DNA of 64,000 nucleotides from Spirochaetia bacterium (GTDB taxonomy: Bacteria > Spirochaetota > Spirochaetia > SZUA-6 > Bin103), in NCBI GenBank assembly GCA_965208575.1, contig CBDBOV010000002.1, forward strand, positions 320,001-384,000. The letters are read 5' to 3'. Positions 18,983-27,857 of this stretch are shown here, in pieces; positions within the stretch are counted from its first letter, which is position 1; each line of letters starts with the position of its first letter. The position numbers and the translations under genes were made by a program. The notes below the pieces were generated by a model. The model was not told where the DNA came from and searched no databases. It saw only the letters and a list, made by a program, of their open reading frames with translations.

Positions 18983-20659
18983 ATGGCCGCGACTGAACCC
19001 TCCCCCGCCGGCGCCCGCACCGGGGCACCCTCCAACCACTGGGCGGACCAGGCCGCGGAGCGCATCATCCGCGGGCGCGGCGACCGCACCCGCTACGTGG
19101 TCGCCTCCGGCGTGGCTCCGTCCGGCTCGGTGCACTTCGGGCACCTGCGCGAGGTGATGTCGACCGAGCTGGTGGCGCGCGCGCTGCGCGACCGCGGCAA
19201 GCAGGTGCGCTTCATCTACTCGTGGGACGACTACGACGTGTTCCGCAAGGTGCCGGTCAACCTGCCGCGCCAGGATGAGCTGGCGCGCCACCTGCGCAAG
19301 CCGGTGGTGGACGTGCCCGACCCGTTCCACGCCGCCGACAACTTCGCCGCCGGCTTCGAGCGCAGCCTGGAGCAGGTGCTGCCGCGGCTCGGCATAACGC
19401 CGGAGTACCTCTACCAGGCGCAGCGCTACCGGGACTGCCGCTACGCCGACGGCGTGCGTGCCGCGCTGGCCGCGCGGGCGAAGATCCGCGACATCCTGAA
19501 CCGCCATCGCGAGCGCCCGCTGGGCGACCACTACTGGCCGATCACCATCTACTCGGAGCGGGACGGTACCGACCGCACCACGGTGCTGGATTGGGACGGC
19601 GCCGACACCGTGACCTACCGCGACGTGGACGGAACCGAGAAGCGGTTGAACCTGACCCGCTCCGGCGCCGCCAAGCTGCTGTGGCGGGTCGACTGGCCGA
19701 TGCGCTGGGCGTTCGAGCAGGTGGACTTCGAGCCGGCGGGCAAGGACCACCTGACCGCCGGCGGGTCGTTCGACACCGGCGGCCCGATCGCCCGCGAGGT
19801 GTACGGCCGCGAGCCGCCGGTAACCTTCCTGTACGGCGACGTGGGCGTGAAGGGGGGCGCCGGGCGCATCTCCTCCTCCGCCGGCAACGCGGTCACCATC
19901 GAGCAGGTGCTGGCCGTGTACCAGCCGGAGGTGGTGCGCTACCTGTACGCGGGCACGCGGCCGAGCGCCGAGTTCGTGATCTCTTTCGATCTGGACGTCC
20001 TGAAGGTGTACGAGGACTACGATCAGGCCGAGCGGATCTACTACGGGACCGCGGAGGTGGGCGCCAGGCGGCGCGCGCGGGTGGGCCGCGTGTATGAGCT
20101 TTCGCAGGTCGCGGCGCCGGCGCCGTCCATGCCGCCACAGGTGCCGTTCCGCCACTTGTGCAACCTGATCCAGGTGCGCGACGGCGACGTGGCCGCGACC
20201 GTGGCCGCATTGGCGGAGGAGCTTGGATTGACCGGAGACGAGCATGGCGACGCCCGCCGCCGCCTGCAGACGCGCGCGCGCGGGGCGGCCACCTGGCTCG
20301 CCGAGTACGCACCGCCGGCGATGCGGTTCCGGTTGCGGCGGCCGGATCAGCCGGCGCCGGAGGTGGCCCCGGCCGAGGGGCGGGCGCTCGGCGCCCTGTA
20401 CGGGGAGCTGGAACACCTGGAGCGCCACGACGGCGCCTCCCTGGCGGGCCGCGTCTACGCCATCGCCGAGCAGGAGGGGCTGGCGGCGCGCGCCCTGTTC
20501 AAGGCCGCCTACCGGGTGCTGCTCGACGCCGACCGCGGGCCGCGGCTGGCCGATTTCATCCTGCTCAGCGGGCGCGAGCGCATCGCGCCGCTGCTCGCGC
20601 CCTACGCCGGGCGCGCCGCGGCGGGCACCGTCGGCGGCGTGGCGGGTGCGGCGAGGTAA
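18983..20659 (+). CDS. lysS: Lysine--tRNA ligase, class I
   Basis: HWAD, SGVAPSGSVHFGHLRE, DDYDVFRKVP, KLLWRVDWPMRW, EPAGKDH, GPRL. Confidence 0.96.
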   Translation: MAATEPSPAGARTGAPSNHWADQAAERIIRGRGDRTRYVVASGVAPSGSVHFGHLREVMSTELVARALRDRGKQVRFIYSWDDYDVFRKVPVNLPRQDELARHLRKPVVDVPDPFHAADNFAAGFERSLEQVLPRLGITPEYLYQAQRYRDCRYADGVRAALAARAKIRDILNRHRERPLGDHYWPITIYSERDGTDRTTVLDWDGADTVTYRDVDGTEKRLNLTRSGAAKLLWRVDWPMRWAFEQVDFEPAGKDHLTAGGSFDTGGPIAREVYGREPPVTFLYGDVGVKGGAGRISSSAGNAVTIEQVLAVYQPEVVRYLYAGTRPSAEFVISFDLDVLKVYEDYDQAERIYYGTAEVGARRRARVGRVYELSQVAAPAPSMPPQVPFRHLCNLIQVRDGDVAATVAALAEELGLTGDEHGDARRRLQTRARGAATWLAEYAPPAMRFRLRRPDQPAPEVAPAEGRALGALYGELEHLERHDGASLAGRVYAIAEQEGLAARALFKAAYRVLLDADRGPRLADFILLSGRERIAPLLAPYAGRAAAGTVGGVAGAAR

Positions 20660-20897
20660 GCTGTAGCTTGAACCGATGGCGCGCCTGACAGAGGCGCGGG
20701 CGATCCGCGGCGTTGATCCGGTATCGCGCAGCCGAGGCGTGCTCGGTGGGTGTTCGTCGGCGCTTTGCGGCGGTGGCATCGAACTGGCGCATCGGGCGCC
20801 GCCGGCGGACTGGGTACGGTGCGATATGCACTTGCCCAGGCCCCAAGAAGGACATGCAAAGGTTGACGGGTAGGTCCGCGCGTGGCACATTCGGCAC

Positions 20898-21620
20898 ATG
20901 ACGGACCGGGAACGGGACGCGCTGCTGCTGGAGCTACGGGAAGAACAGAGGGCCATGGGGCAGCGCATGGCCACCAAGGACGACCTTGCCGCCATGGAGC
21001 AGCGCATGGCCACGAAGGACGACCTTGCCGCCGTGGAGCAGCGCATGGCCACGAAGGACGACCTTGCCGCCATGGAGCAGCGCATGGCCACGAAGGACGA
21101 CCTTGCCGCCGTGGAGCAGCGCATGGCCACGAAGGACGACCTTGCCGCCGTGGAGCAGCGCATGGCCACGAAGGACGACCTTGCCGCCATGGAGCAGCGC
21201 ATGGCCACGAAGGACGACCTTGCCGCCATGGAGCAGCGCATGGCCACGAAGGACGACCTTGCCGCCATGGAGCAGCGCATGGCCACGAAGGACGACCTTG
21301 CCGCCATGGAGCAGCGCATGGCCACGAAGGACGACCTTGCCGCCATGGAGCAGCGCATGGCCACGAAGGACGACCTTGCCGCCATGGAGCAGCGCATGGC
21401 CACGAAGGACGACCTTGCCGCCGTGGAACAGCGCATGGCCACGAAGGACGACCTTGCCGCCGTGGAACAGCGTATGGCCACGAAGGACGACCTTGCCGCC
21501 ATGGAGCAACGCATAGAAGTGAGCGTGGCAGAGATGGTACGCGAAGGTGCTGACAGAATCCTCGCAGCAGTCACCGAATTGGCCGAGACGAAGGCCGACA
21601 AGGAGCATGTCCATGTCTGA
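20898..21620 (+). CDS. Coiled-coil repeat protein (14 x MATKDDLAA[M/V]EQR)
   Basis: 240-aa ORF with TTGACG-17-CACATT promoter-like motif 6 nt upstream; repeat has amphipathic periodicity. Confidence 0.85.
   Translation: MTDRERDALLLELREEQRAMGQRMATKDDLAAMEQRMATKDDLAAVEQRMATKDDLAAMEQRMATKDDLAAVEQRMATKDDLAAVEQRMATKDDLAAMEQRMATKDDLAAMEQRMATKDDLAAMEQRMATKDDLAAMEQRMATKDDLAAMEQRMATKDDLAAMEQRMATKDDLAAVEQRMATKDDLAAVEQRMATKDDLAAMEQRIEVSVAEMVREGADRILAAVTELAETKADKEHVHV
20967..21512 (+). repeat. 39-bp tandem repeat x14
   Basis: atggccacgaaggacgaccttgccgcc[a/g]tggagcagcgc, nearly invariant, no spacers. Confidence 0.97.
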
Positions 21621-21709
21621 TCGTCGGCCGACCTTGAGCAGGTTCGGGAATGGATAGACGACTTCAAGAAGCTGGTGGAGCGTGATTCCTAAACGGTATC
21701 AGTGATGTA

Positions 21710-22432
21710 ATGGACCGGGGAGCAGGCGCTTCCGATCCGAAGGCCGCGGCGGGCCGCGCGGCCGCCGCGTTGGTCGAGTCCGGGATGCGGGTGGGGCTTG
21801 GCACCGGCTCCACCGCCGTGCACGTGGTGCGGGCGGTCGCGGAGGCGGTGCGCGGCGGGGCCTTGCGCGACCTCGCCCTGGTGCCGACCAGCAGCCAGAT
21901 CCAGGCGGTGTGCTGGGAGTTGGGCCTGGACCTGCTCACGCTGAGCGACCCGGCGGTGGGCGGGGCGCTCGACCTGGCCATCGACGGCGCCGACGAGGTG
22001 GACCCGGCGTGGAACCTGACCAAGGGCGGCGGCGGCGCGTTGCTCAACGAGAAGGTGGTGGCGCAGGCGAGCAGCCGCTACGTGATCGTGGTGGACGAGT
22101 CGAAGCTGGTGGCGCGTCTCGGCGAGCGCGTCGCGTTGCCGGTCGAGGTGGTGCCGTTTGCCCTGGCCCCTGTACGCGCCGCCCTGGAGCGCCGCGGCTA
22201 CCGTCCCGCCGTGCGCATGGCGGAGCGCAAGCAGGGCCCGGTGGTCACCGACAACGGCAACCTGCTGATCGACGCCTGGCCGCCGGCGGACCTGGATCCG
22301 GTACGCGCCGAGCGCGAGCTGGCGGCGATCCCCGGAGTCGTGGAGAACGGCCTGTTCACCGCCTGCGTCACCGACCTGATGGTCGGCGGCGAGTGCGGCG
22401 TCCGCCACGAGCGCCGACCCTTGCCGCGGTAG
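21710..22432 (+). CDS. rpiA: Ribose-5-phosphate isomerase A
   Basis: GLGTGST, IDGADEVD, KGGGGALL.EKVVA, PVEV.PF, TDNGN. Confidence 0.97.
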   Translation: MDRGAGASDPKAAAGRAAAALVESGMRVGLGTGSTAVHVVRAVAEAVRGGALRDLALVPTSSQIQAVCWELGLDLLTLSDPAVGGALDLAIDGADEVDPAWNLTKGGGGALLNEKVVAQASSRYVIVVDESKLVARLGERVALPVEVVPFALAPVRAALERRGYRPAVRMAERKQGPVVTDNGNLLIDAWPPADLDPVRAERELAAIPGVVENGLFTACVTDLMVGGECGVRHERRPLPR

Positions 22433-22605
22433 GTTCTCGGATTCACCTGGAGTGAGGTTCGATTCGCGTCATGGCAGCGGCGCCGGCGCCTGCCGTGTCC
22501 GCATGCTGTGACTGCCGCCCGCCGGCGCAGTACTTTGAAAAGGGAATTATATACAATAGTGCCAGAGGCTTGACAAGCCTCTGAGTCCATGGCACTATTG
22601 TAGGC

Positions 22606-23598
22606 ATGCCGAGTGAATGTACCACCGGACCTGGCAAGGCTTTCCGCCACGGCCTGAGCCTGCCCGAACTGTTCCAGGAGTTCCCTGATGACGCCGCCGC
22701 CGAGGCGTGGTTCGTCCGGCAGCGCTGGGAGGGCGGCAAGCCCGTCTGCCCAGCCTGCGGGCACCGCGACGTGCAGACCGGAGCAGCCCACAAGTCGATG
22801 CCGTTCCGCTGCCGACACCGCGAGTGCCGGAAGCGTTTCAGCGTGAAGACCGGCACCGCCATGCAGTCCAGCAACTTGGGCTACCAGACCTGGGCCATCG
22901 CCCTCTACCTCGTCATCACTTCGATCAAGGGGGTCTCGTCCATGCGGCTGCGCCGCGACCTGAAGCTTACGCAGAAGTCAGCGTGGCACTTGGCGCACCG
23001 GATACGCATGGCGTGGGGCGAAGATATGTCGCAGATGTTCGACGGGCCGGCAGAGGTGGACGAGGCGTACTTCGGCGGGAAGGAGCGCAACAAACACGCC
23101 GACAAGAAGCTCAACGGCGGGCGCGGCACGGTCGGCAAGGTGGCTGTCGCCGGCGTTAGGGACCGCGAGACGAACCGGATCAGTGCCGCTGTCGTGGACA
23201 CCACTCAGAAGCGGGAGCTGCACGGGTTCATCGCGGCCCGCGTCGAGCTGGGCGCCACCCTCTACACCGACGAGATGGGCAGTTACCGCGGGCTCCCCAA
23301 CCACGAGACCGTCAACCACGGCGTCGGCCAGTACGTCTCCCGGCAGGCGCACATCAACGGCATGGAGAGCTTCTGGGCCATGATGAAGCGTGGCTACTAC
23401 GGCATCTACCACCGCATGAGCCCGAAGCACCTGGATCGCTACGTCGACGAGTTCAGCGGCCGGCACAACATCCGGTGCCATGACACGCTGGACCAGATGG
23501 CGGCCGTCGCGCGCGGGCTGCTCGGGAAGATGCTGCGCTACCGGGACCTCATCAAGCCCAACGGGCGCCCGTCAGGAGCCCGCGAGATCGCTCGGTGA
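22606..23598 (+). CDS. IS1595 family transposase
   Basis: Zn ribbon CPAC..C...C, HTH KGVSS..L.R.L..TQKSAW, catalytic EVDEAY / YTDE / NGMESFW, HL.RY..EF. Confidence 0.95.
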   Translation: MPSECTTGPGKAFRHGLSLPELFQEFPDDAAAEAWFVRQRWEGGKPVCPACGHRDVQTGAAHKSMPFRCRHRECRKRFSVKTGTAMQSSNLGYQTWAIALYLVITSIKGVSSMRLRRDLKLTQKSAWHLAHRIRMAWGEDMSQMFDGPAEVDEAYFGGKERNKHADKKLNGGRGTVGKVAVAGVRDRETNRISAAVVDTTQKRELHGFIAARVELGATLYTDEMGSYRGLPNHETVNHGVGQYVSRQAHINGMESFWAMMKRGYYGIYHRMSPKHLDRYVDEFSGRHNIRCHDTLDQMAAVARGLLGKMLRYRDLIKPNGRPSGAREIAR

Positions 23599-23599
23599 T

Positions 23600-23911
23600 C
23601 TAACTTGTCGCCAAATCCACCTTGGTTTGCAGGTGAGATGGAAGCTGGGCTTTAAGGGTATCTACTACCCACTTCATCTTGATAGCCAATTCAAACTTGG
23701 CGCTGGCTATTACTTCATCAGTATTCAAGGGTCTCTCGGCCACGTCGTGAGTTTCATCCACCACCAGATCTGTGATCTTTCGTTCAACGCCGTCCTCGTC
23801 TACAGCATTCAGGGAAAACGTAACCTGAGCCCTGGTAGGATCGGACACATCCAGGTTAATGAAGCGAACGCTCATCTTCCGATCTTCCATTCGGATTGCT
23901 CCCATGTACAA
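23600..23911 (-). CDS. Hypothetical passenger protein
   Basis: ~100-aa lower-GC ORF with natural composition, convergent on the transposase stop; start uncertain. Confidence 0.55.
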   Translation of the reverse strand: MYMGAIRMEDRKMSVRFINLDVSDPTRAQVTFSLNAVDEDGVERKITDLVVDETHDVAERPLNTDEVIASAKFELAIKMKWVVDTLKAQLPSHLQTKVDLATS

Positions 23912-24039
23912 AACTCCTTCGCCGCTTGACGTAGGAGCGAGGTCGTACTAACCTCGTGGTGCTTGTGGGAGGTCAACCAACGAAGCACCCGGAGGCAGTA
24001 GCTTCCACCCCTCCGCGTCAGCGGCAGGCGATATGTGAA

Positions 24040-24060
24040 GCGCCCCCGCACAGGGGGCGC
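24040..24060. terminator. Hairpin downstream of the passenger protease
   Basis: GCGCCCCC-gcaca-GGGGGCGC perfect stem immediately after the stop of the minus-strand gene. Confidence 0.55.
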
Positions 24061-24067
24061 TTGCATG

Positions 24068-24991
24068 TTACTCTACCGGTGCAGCCGTCGCCACCCGGAG
24101 CAGCGCACCTCTCTCGGTCGTCTCGAACATCTCGATCATGGTCCACACCTCGTCGACGCGGACGCCGAAGTTGAGGTTTCCTGACGCATCGGGAATAGGT
24201 CGGCCCGTGCCGGGGTCGATGGTCTTCACGATGCTTCCGAAATTGACCGCTACGACGAATCCCCAGCGGTCGATGATCGGACTTCCGCTGGTTCCACCAG
24301 TGGTGTTGAGATTGTGCTGAATGATCCTGGTGTTCGTTGCGGTCGGCGTCGCCGATCCGTACGGCCGCAACGCGCTGATCGTGCCCTGCTTGTATGACGC
24401 GATCGGAGCAGACCGGTAAAGCTGATTGAGTTCTCCAGGAAATCCCATCGTGGCTATCTGCTCGGCAACCTGAAGAAGGGTAACGTCTTCCTCGGGCATA
24501 AGCTCCAGGAGCACGGGCAATTCCCCGTCGATGATGATCGACGCCAGGTCCGGTGAGAAGAAGTCTCCATATTCCGGGTGGACTTCGTACTCGATCAGAC
24601 GGTACGTACCCGCGCCACCGACCGGAGTTCCTGAACGAACAGCGATTGGAGTCGGATTCAGGTGCGCTATCGCGGGCAACAGGTCACGCAACCCGACAGC
24701 AACATGGGCATTCGTCCAGAGCGCATTGTCGTAGTAGGCGGCAAACCCGGTGCCGATGAAGTAGCCACCGCCATCGGGGAAGGAGAACCCCAACGCGTAG
24801 ACGGCCTCGGCGACACGATAATCGCTGATGATCTCGGGCCAAGTGAGAGGCTGCGACGGCGGGTCCGGCTGGGCGGGCTCGGGTGCCACCGGGGCAGCCG
24901 GCGCCTTTCCGGGGCCGCTGCTGCAGGCAGCGAGGGTGAGGGCGATGACCAGCCCGAAGAGGGCGGTCCTGATGAACGCGCGGTGCGTCAT
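24068..24991 (-). CDS. Lipoprotein with trypsin-like serine protease domain
   Basis: Lipobox LAAC, Pro-rich linker, triad TNAHV / PDLA / GGTSGSP; AGGAG RBS. Confidence 0.9.
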   Translation of the reverse strand: MTHRAFIRTALFGLVIALTLAACSSGPGKAPAAPVAPEPAQPDPPSQPLTWPEIISDYRVAEAVYALGFSFPDGGGYFIGTGFAAYYDNALWTNAHVAVGLRDLLPAIAHLNPTPIAVRSGTPVGGAGTYRLIEYEVHPEYGDFFSPDLASIIIDGELPVLLELMPEEDVTLLQVAEQIATMGFPGELNQLYRSAPIASYKQGTISALRPYGSATPTATNTRIIQHNLNTTGGTSGSPIIDRWGFVVAVNFGSIVKTIDPGTGRPIPDASGNLNFGVRVDEVWTMIEMFETTERGALLRVATAAPVE

Positions 24992-25250
24992 GTAGAACTC
25001 CTGTCGCCCGGGCCAGAAGGCGCCGGGCCGTTTCAGAACTCGACCACCGCGTGCTCAGCACAGAGGTAGGTTGGTGTCCTGGTCTGTTCACCCCTGGGCC
25101 GGGTAGCTACTCCCTGCCCGTGGTGGGGCTGTTGTATTCGACCAGCGACCCGGCATGAGCCGAGACGCGATGGGTCGAGTTCCGTTGGGGCATCATTGTA
25201 TGGACATGGTGCGAAGGGTCAAGCGATACTGCGACGAAGGAGCAGGAAGG

Positions 25251-25457
25251 ATGAGAGAGCAGAAGAAACGGGTGGTCGAGGTGCCGGCGCACGACTACGA
25301 GCCGACGAAGGCGGAGATGGAGGAGGAGGTCACGGTGGGGGATGAGACCACGACGTTCGAGGAGGCGGTGCAGCACTTCCTGCGGACGCCGGTGGAGGTG
25401 CGGGAGGTCAGCGCTGATGAGTGGCGGAGGAGGCGTAAGCGGAACGCTGGTGGGTGA
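25251..25457 (+). CDS. Small acidic hypothetical passenger protein
   Basis: MREQKKRVVEVPAHDYEPTKAEMEEEV...; AGGAAGG RBS; GC3-rich codon use. Confidence 0.65.
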   Translation: MREQKKRVVEVPAHDYEPTKAEMEEEVTVGDETTTFEEAVQHFLRTPVEVREVSADEWRRRRKRNAGG

Positions 25458-25737
25458 ATCGGACGGAGACCTTACTCCCCAGGAGATCGAGGAGGCTCTT
25501 GAGATTTTCCTCGGGGCTCTGGCTGCGGCGTTGAGAAGGGGCAGTCGGCATGGGGGCAATATGGTTCTTCAGATACTGGAGGAAGAACTATTCCCTCGCG
25601 GTGCCAGCGAGCCAAGATATCCTCGAAAACACGCTGCGCTCCTCTCTCGATTTTATCGAGGTCTAAGGTCACGGTATTTTTCATCGGCGCCCTGGCCGCG
25701 TCATCGGCCCGGCTCTGAGATGCCATGGAGCGAGTAA
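25450..25737 (+). CDS. Hypothetical passenger protein (alternative: antisense ORF 25472-25762)
   Basis: GTG overlaps the previous stop; helical DLTPQEIEEALEIFLGAL; strand ambiguous. Confidence 0.4.
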   Translation: MGESDGDLTPQEIEEALEIFLGALAAALRRGSRHGGNMVLQILEEELFPRGASEPRYPRKHAALLSRFYRGLRSRYFSSAPWPRHRPGSEMPWSE

Positions 25738-26031
25738 GCCACGGCCGGGTGCCATCGGTCAAACAGGCGCTATGGCACTATTGTATATAATTCCCTTTGA
25801 AAAAATGGAGCAGCGGGTTCGGATCGCTGAGCAGAAGCGTTCAGGGGTGAGCTGCAAGAGCCGCTCGGCTCGGGGTCAGACCGGCAAGACCGAGCCAGCG
25901 GGTGCGAACGCGTCGCGCCGGAGGTGTCAGGCGACAGGCGCCCGTTCCGGCGCGGCGCAATCCGGGCGCTACGGGGGAGTAGCGTGCCTGCGCCGAAGAC
26001 TGGACGGTGTGCGGTGTTGGCCGACTCGCCG

Positions 26032-27153
26032 ATGAGCGGCGCGCGACGGCGCGTGGCGGTGCTGCTGTCCGGGGGCGTGGACAGCGCGCTCGCCCTGGCG
26101 CTGCTGCGCGAGGCGGGCCACGAGTTGACAGCCTTCTACCTGAAGATCTGGCTGGAGGAGGAGCTGGCGTTCCTCGGTGATTGCCCGTGGGAGGAGGACA
26201 TGGCGTACGCCACCGCCGTGTGCCGCCAGCTCGAGGTGCCGCTGGAGGTGGTGCCGCTGCAGGATGAGTACCGCCGGGCGGTGGTCGAGTACGCCCTCGC
26301 CGCGCTGCGCGCCGGCTACACGCCGAGCCCCGACGTGCTGTGCAACCGCGCCATCAAGTTCGGCGCGTTCGGCGACCGGCTGGCGGCGGACTACGACGTC
26401 GTGGCCAGCGGCCACTACGCGCGGCTGCGGCGGCGGGAGGACGGCCGCTGCCAGCTCCTGCGCGGCGTGGACCCGGTCAAGGACCAGAGCTATTTCCTCG
26501 CCTACCTGCGGCCAGATCAACTCAGCCGGCTGTGCTTTCCGATCGGCGGCCTGCACAAGCATGAGGTCCGCGCCCTGGCGAGGGAGCAAGCGCTGGCGCC
26601 CGCGGCTCGGCGCGACAGCCAGGGCATCTGCTTTCTCGGCAAGCTGACCTACCGCGACTTCGTGCGCGCCCACCTCGGCGAGCAGCCGGGCCCGATCCGG
26701 GAGGCCGGCAGCGGCGCCGCACTCGGCAGCCACCGCGGCCACTGGTTCCACACCATCGGCCAGCGGCAGGGTCTGGGTCTGGGCACCGGCCCCTGGTACG
26801 TGGTGGCCAAGGACGTGGCCGCCAACACGGTATACGTCGCCCACGACCCCGCGGCCGCCGCGCCGCGCGCCGTGTCGTTGGTGGACGGCAACTGGATCGA
26901 GCCGCTGCCCGATACCGCATCGGGCGATCAACCCGTGCTGGTACGCATCCGTCACGGCGACACGCCGCGCCCTGCCACACTCGCCAGCGCCCCTACCGCG
27001 AATGGCGCCGGCGCTCCCAGGCTGCGTTTCGACGCCCCGGTCCCCGGCCTCGCCAGCGGCCAGTTCGCGGTGTTGTACAGCGGCTCCGAGCCGGCTCTCT
27101 GCTACGGCTCAGCCGTGATGCAGCGTCCGTACTGCGCGGGTACCGGGTTTTGA
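26032..27153 (+). CDS. mnmA: tRNA-specific 2-thiouridylase
   Basis: LLSGGVDS, TPSPDVLCNRAIKFG, ASGHYA, KDQSYFL, DSQGICF, TIGQRQGL. Confidence 0.96.
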   Translation: MSGARRRVAVLLSGGVDSALALALLREAGHELTAFYLKIWLEEELAFLGDCPWEEDMAYATAVCRQLEVPLEVVPLQDEYRRAVVEYALAALRAGYTPSPDVLCNRAIKFGAFGDRLAADYDVVASGHYARLRRREDGRCQLLRGVDPVKDQSYFLAYLRPDQLSRLCFPIGGLHKHEVRALAREQALAPAARRDSQGICFLGKLTYRDFVRAHLGEQPGPIREAGSGAALGSHRGHWFHTIGQRQGLGLGTGPWYVVAKDVAANTVYVAHDPAAAAPRAVSLVDGNWIEPLPDTASGDQPVLVRIRHGDTPRPATLASAPTANGAGAPRLRFDAPVPGLASGQFAVLYSGSEPALCYGSAVMQRPYCAGTGF

Positions 27154-27386
27154 CGCCGGCGCCATCACACCGCTCCCTCGACGACCGCGGCCAGCCATGC
27201 GTTGAGGCTCTTTCCGGCAGCCTTGGCTGCCGCGGTCGCGGCTCGGTCATCGCGGTTCCACCCCGGCTTCCCTGAGAAATCCCCACATCGAGTCGGCCAC
27301 GGCCTGCCTTGCGACCCGCCGCGGGCGTGGGGTGTGCGCGTGCGTGTTGACCGATGCTCCGGCTGTGATTAGCTTAGTGGTCCTGT

Positions 27387-27411
27387 AATCCTGACTAATT
27401 CGATCAGAATT
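27387..27411. promoter_or_regulatory. Putative Rrf2 (IscR/CymR-type) operator
   Basis: AATCCTGACTAATTCGATCAGAATT imperfect 25-bp palindrome 32 nt upstream of the Rrf2 gene. Confidence 0.6.
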
Positions 27412-27443
27412 GACGAGAATGGGCGGGGAGGCGAATCGGGGAG

Positions 27444-27857
27444 ATGTTGTCGCTTTCGGCGAAGGCGCGCTATGGGCTGCAGGCGGCGTACGACCTGGCG
27501 CTGCATGCCGGTAATGGGCCGCGGCAGGCGCGCGAGGTGGCGGCCGAGCAGGGCATTCCGCAGCACTTCCTGGAGCAGGTGCTGGTGCAGCTCAAGCGCG
27601 CCCTGCTGGTACGCAGCTATCGCGGCAGCCACGGCGGCTACGTGCTGGCGCGCGACCCGCAGGAGATTTCGGTGCTGGAGGTGCTGACCAGTCTGGACGG
27701 ACCGCTGGAGCTGGACGGGGGGCCGTGGAGCGACGCCGTGCTGGCGGTGCCGTTGCGGCGCGCCGCGGCCGGGGTGACTCGGGCACTGGAGGTGAGCCTG
27801 GCCGACCTGGTGTGGGACAAGCAGCGTTCCGGGCCGCGCCTGACCTATCAGATATGA
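27444..27857 (+). CDS. Rrf2 family transcriptional regulator (CymR-like, no Fe-S cysteines)
   Basis: LSAKARYGL, IPQHFLEQVL..L, VRSYRGSHGGYVLAR. Confidence 0.92.
   Translation: MLSLSAKARYGLQAAYDLALHAGNGPRQAREVAAEQGIPQHFLEQVLVQLKRALLVRSYRGSHGGYVLARDPQEISVLEVLTSLDGPLELDGGPWSDAVLAVPLRRAAAGVTRALEVSLADLVWDKQRSGPRLTYQI

Larger units (their letters stand above)
22542..25795 (+). mobile_element. Complete IS1595-family transporter element (3254 bp) with passenger genes
   Basis: Perfect 23-bp TIRs GGGAATTATATACAATAGTGCCA / TGGCACTATTGTATATAATTCCC; 8-bp TSD TTTGAAAA at 22534-22541 and 25796-25803. Confidence 0.95.

Noticed and set aside
20967-21512. 39-bp repeat array as a CRISPR array
   Set aside because: The repeats are contiguous with no unique spacers, preserve a reading frame, and no cas genes are nearby
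18527-21667. 1046-aa minus-strand ORF and other long alternative-frame ORFs across the window
   Set aside because: These are high-GC shadow frames overlapping well-supported genes (lysS, repeat gene, cys, bat, argJ)
23960-24030. Possible IS200/IS605-type or OMEGA RNA end (GTCAAC motif) inside the IS1595
   Set aside because: Only a 6-nt match, with no TnpB/IscB gene or supporting structure
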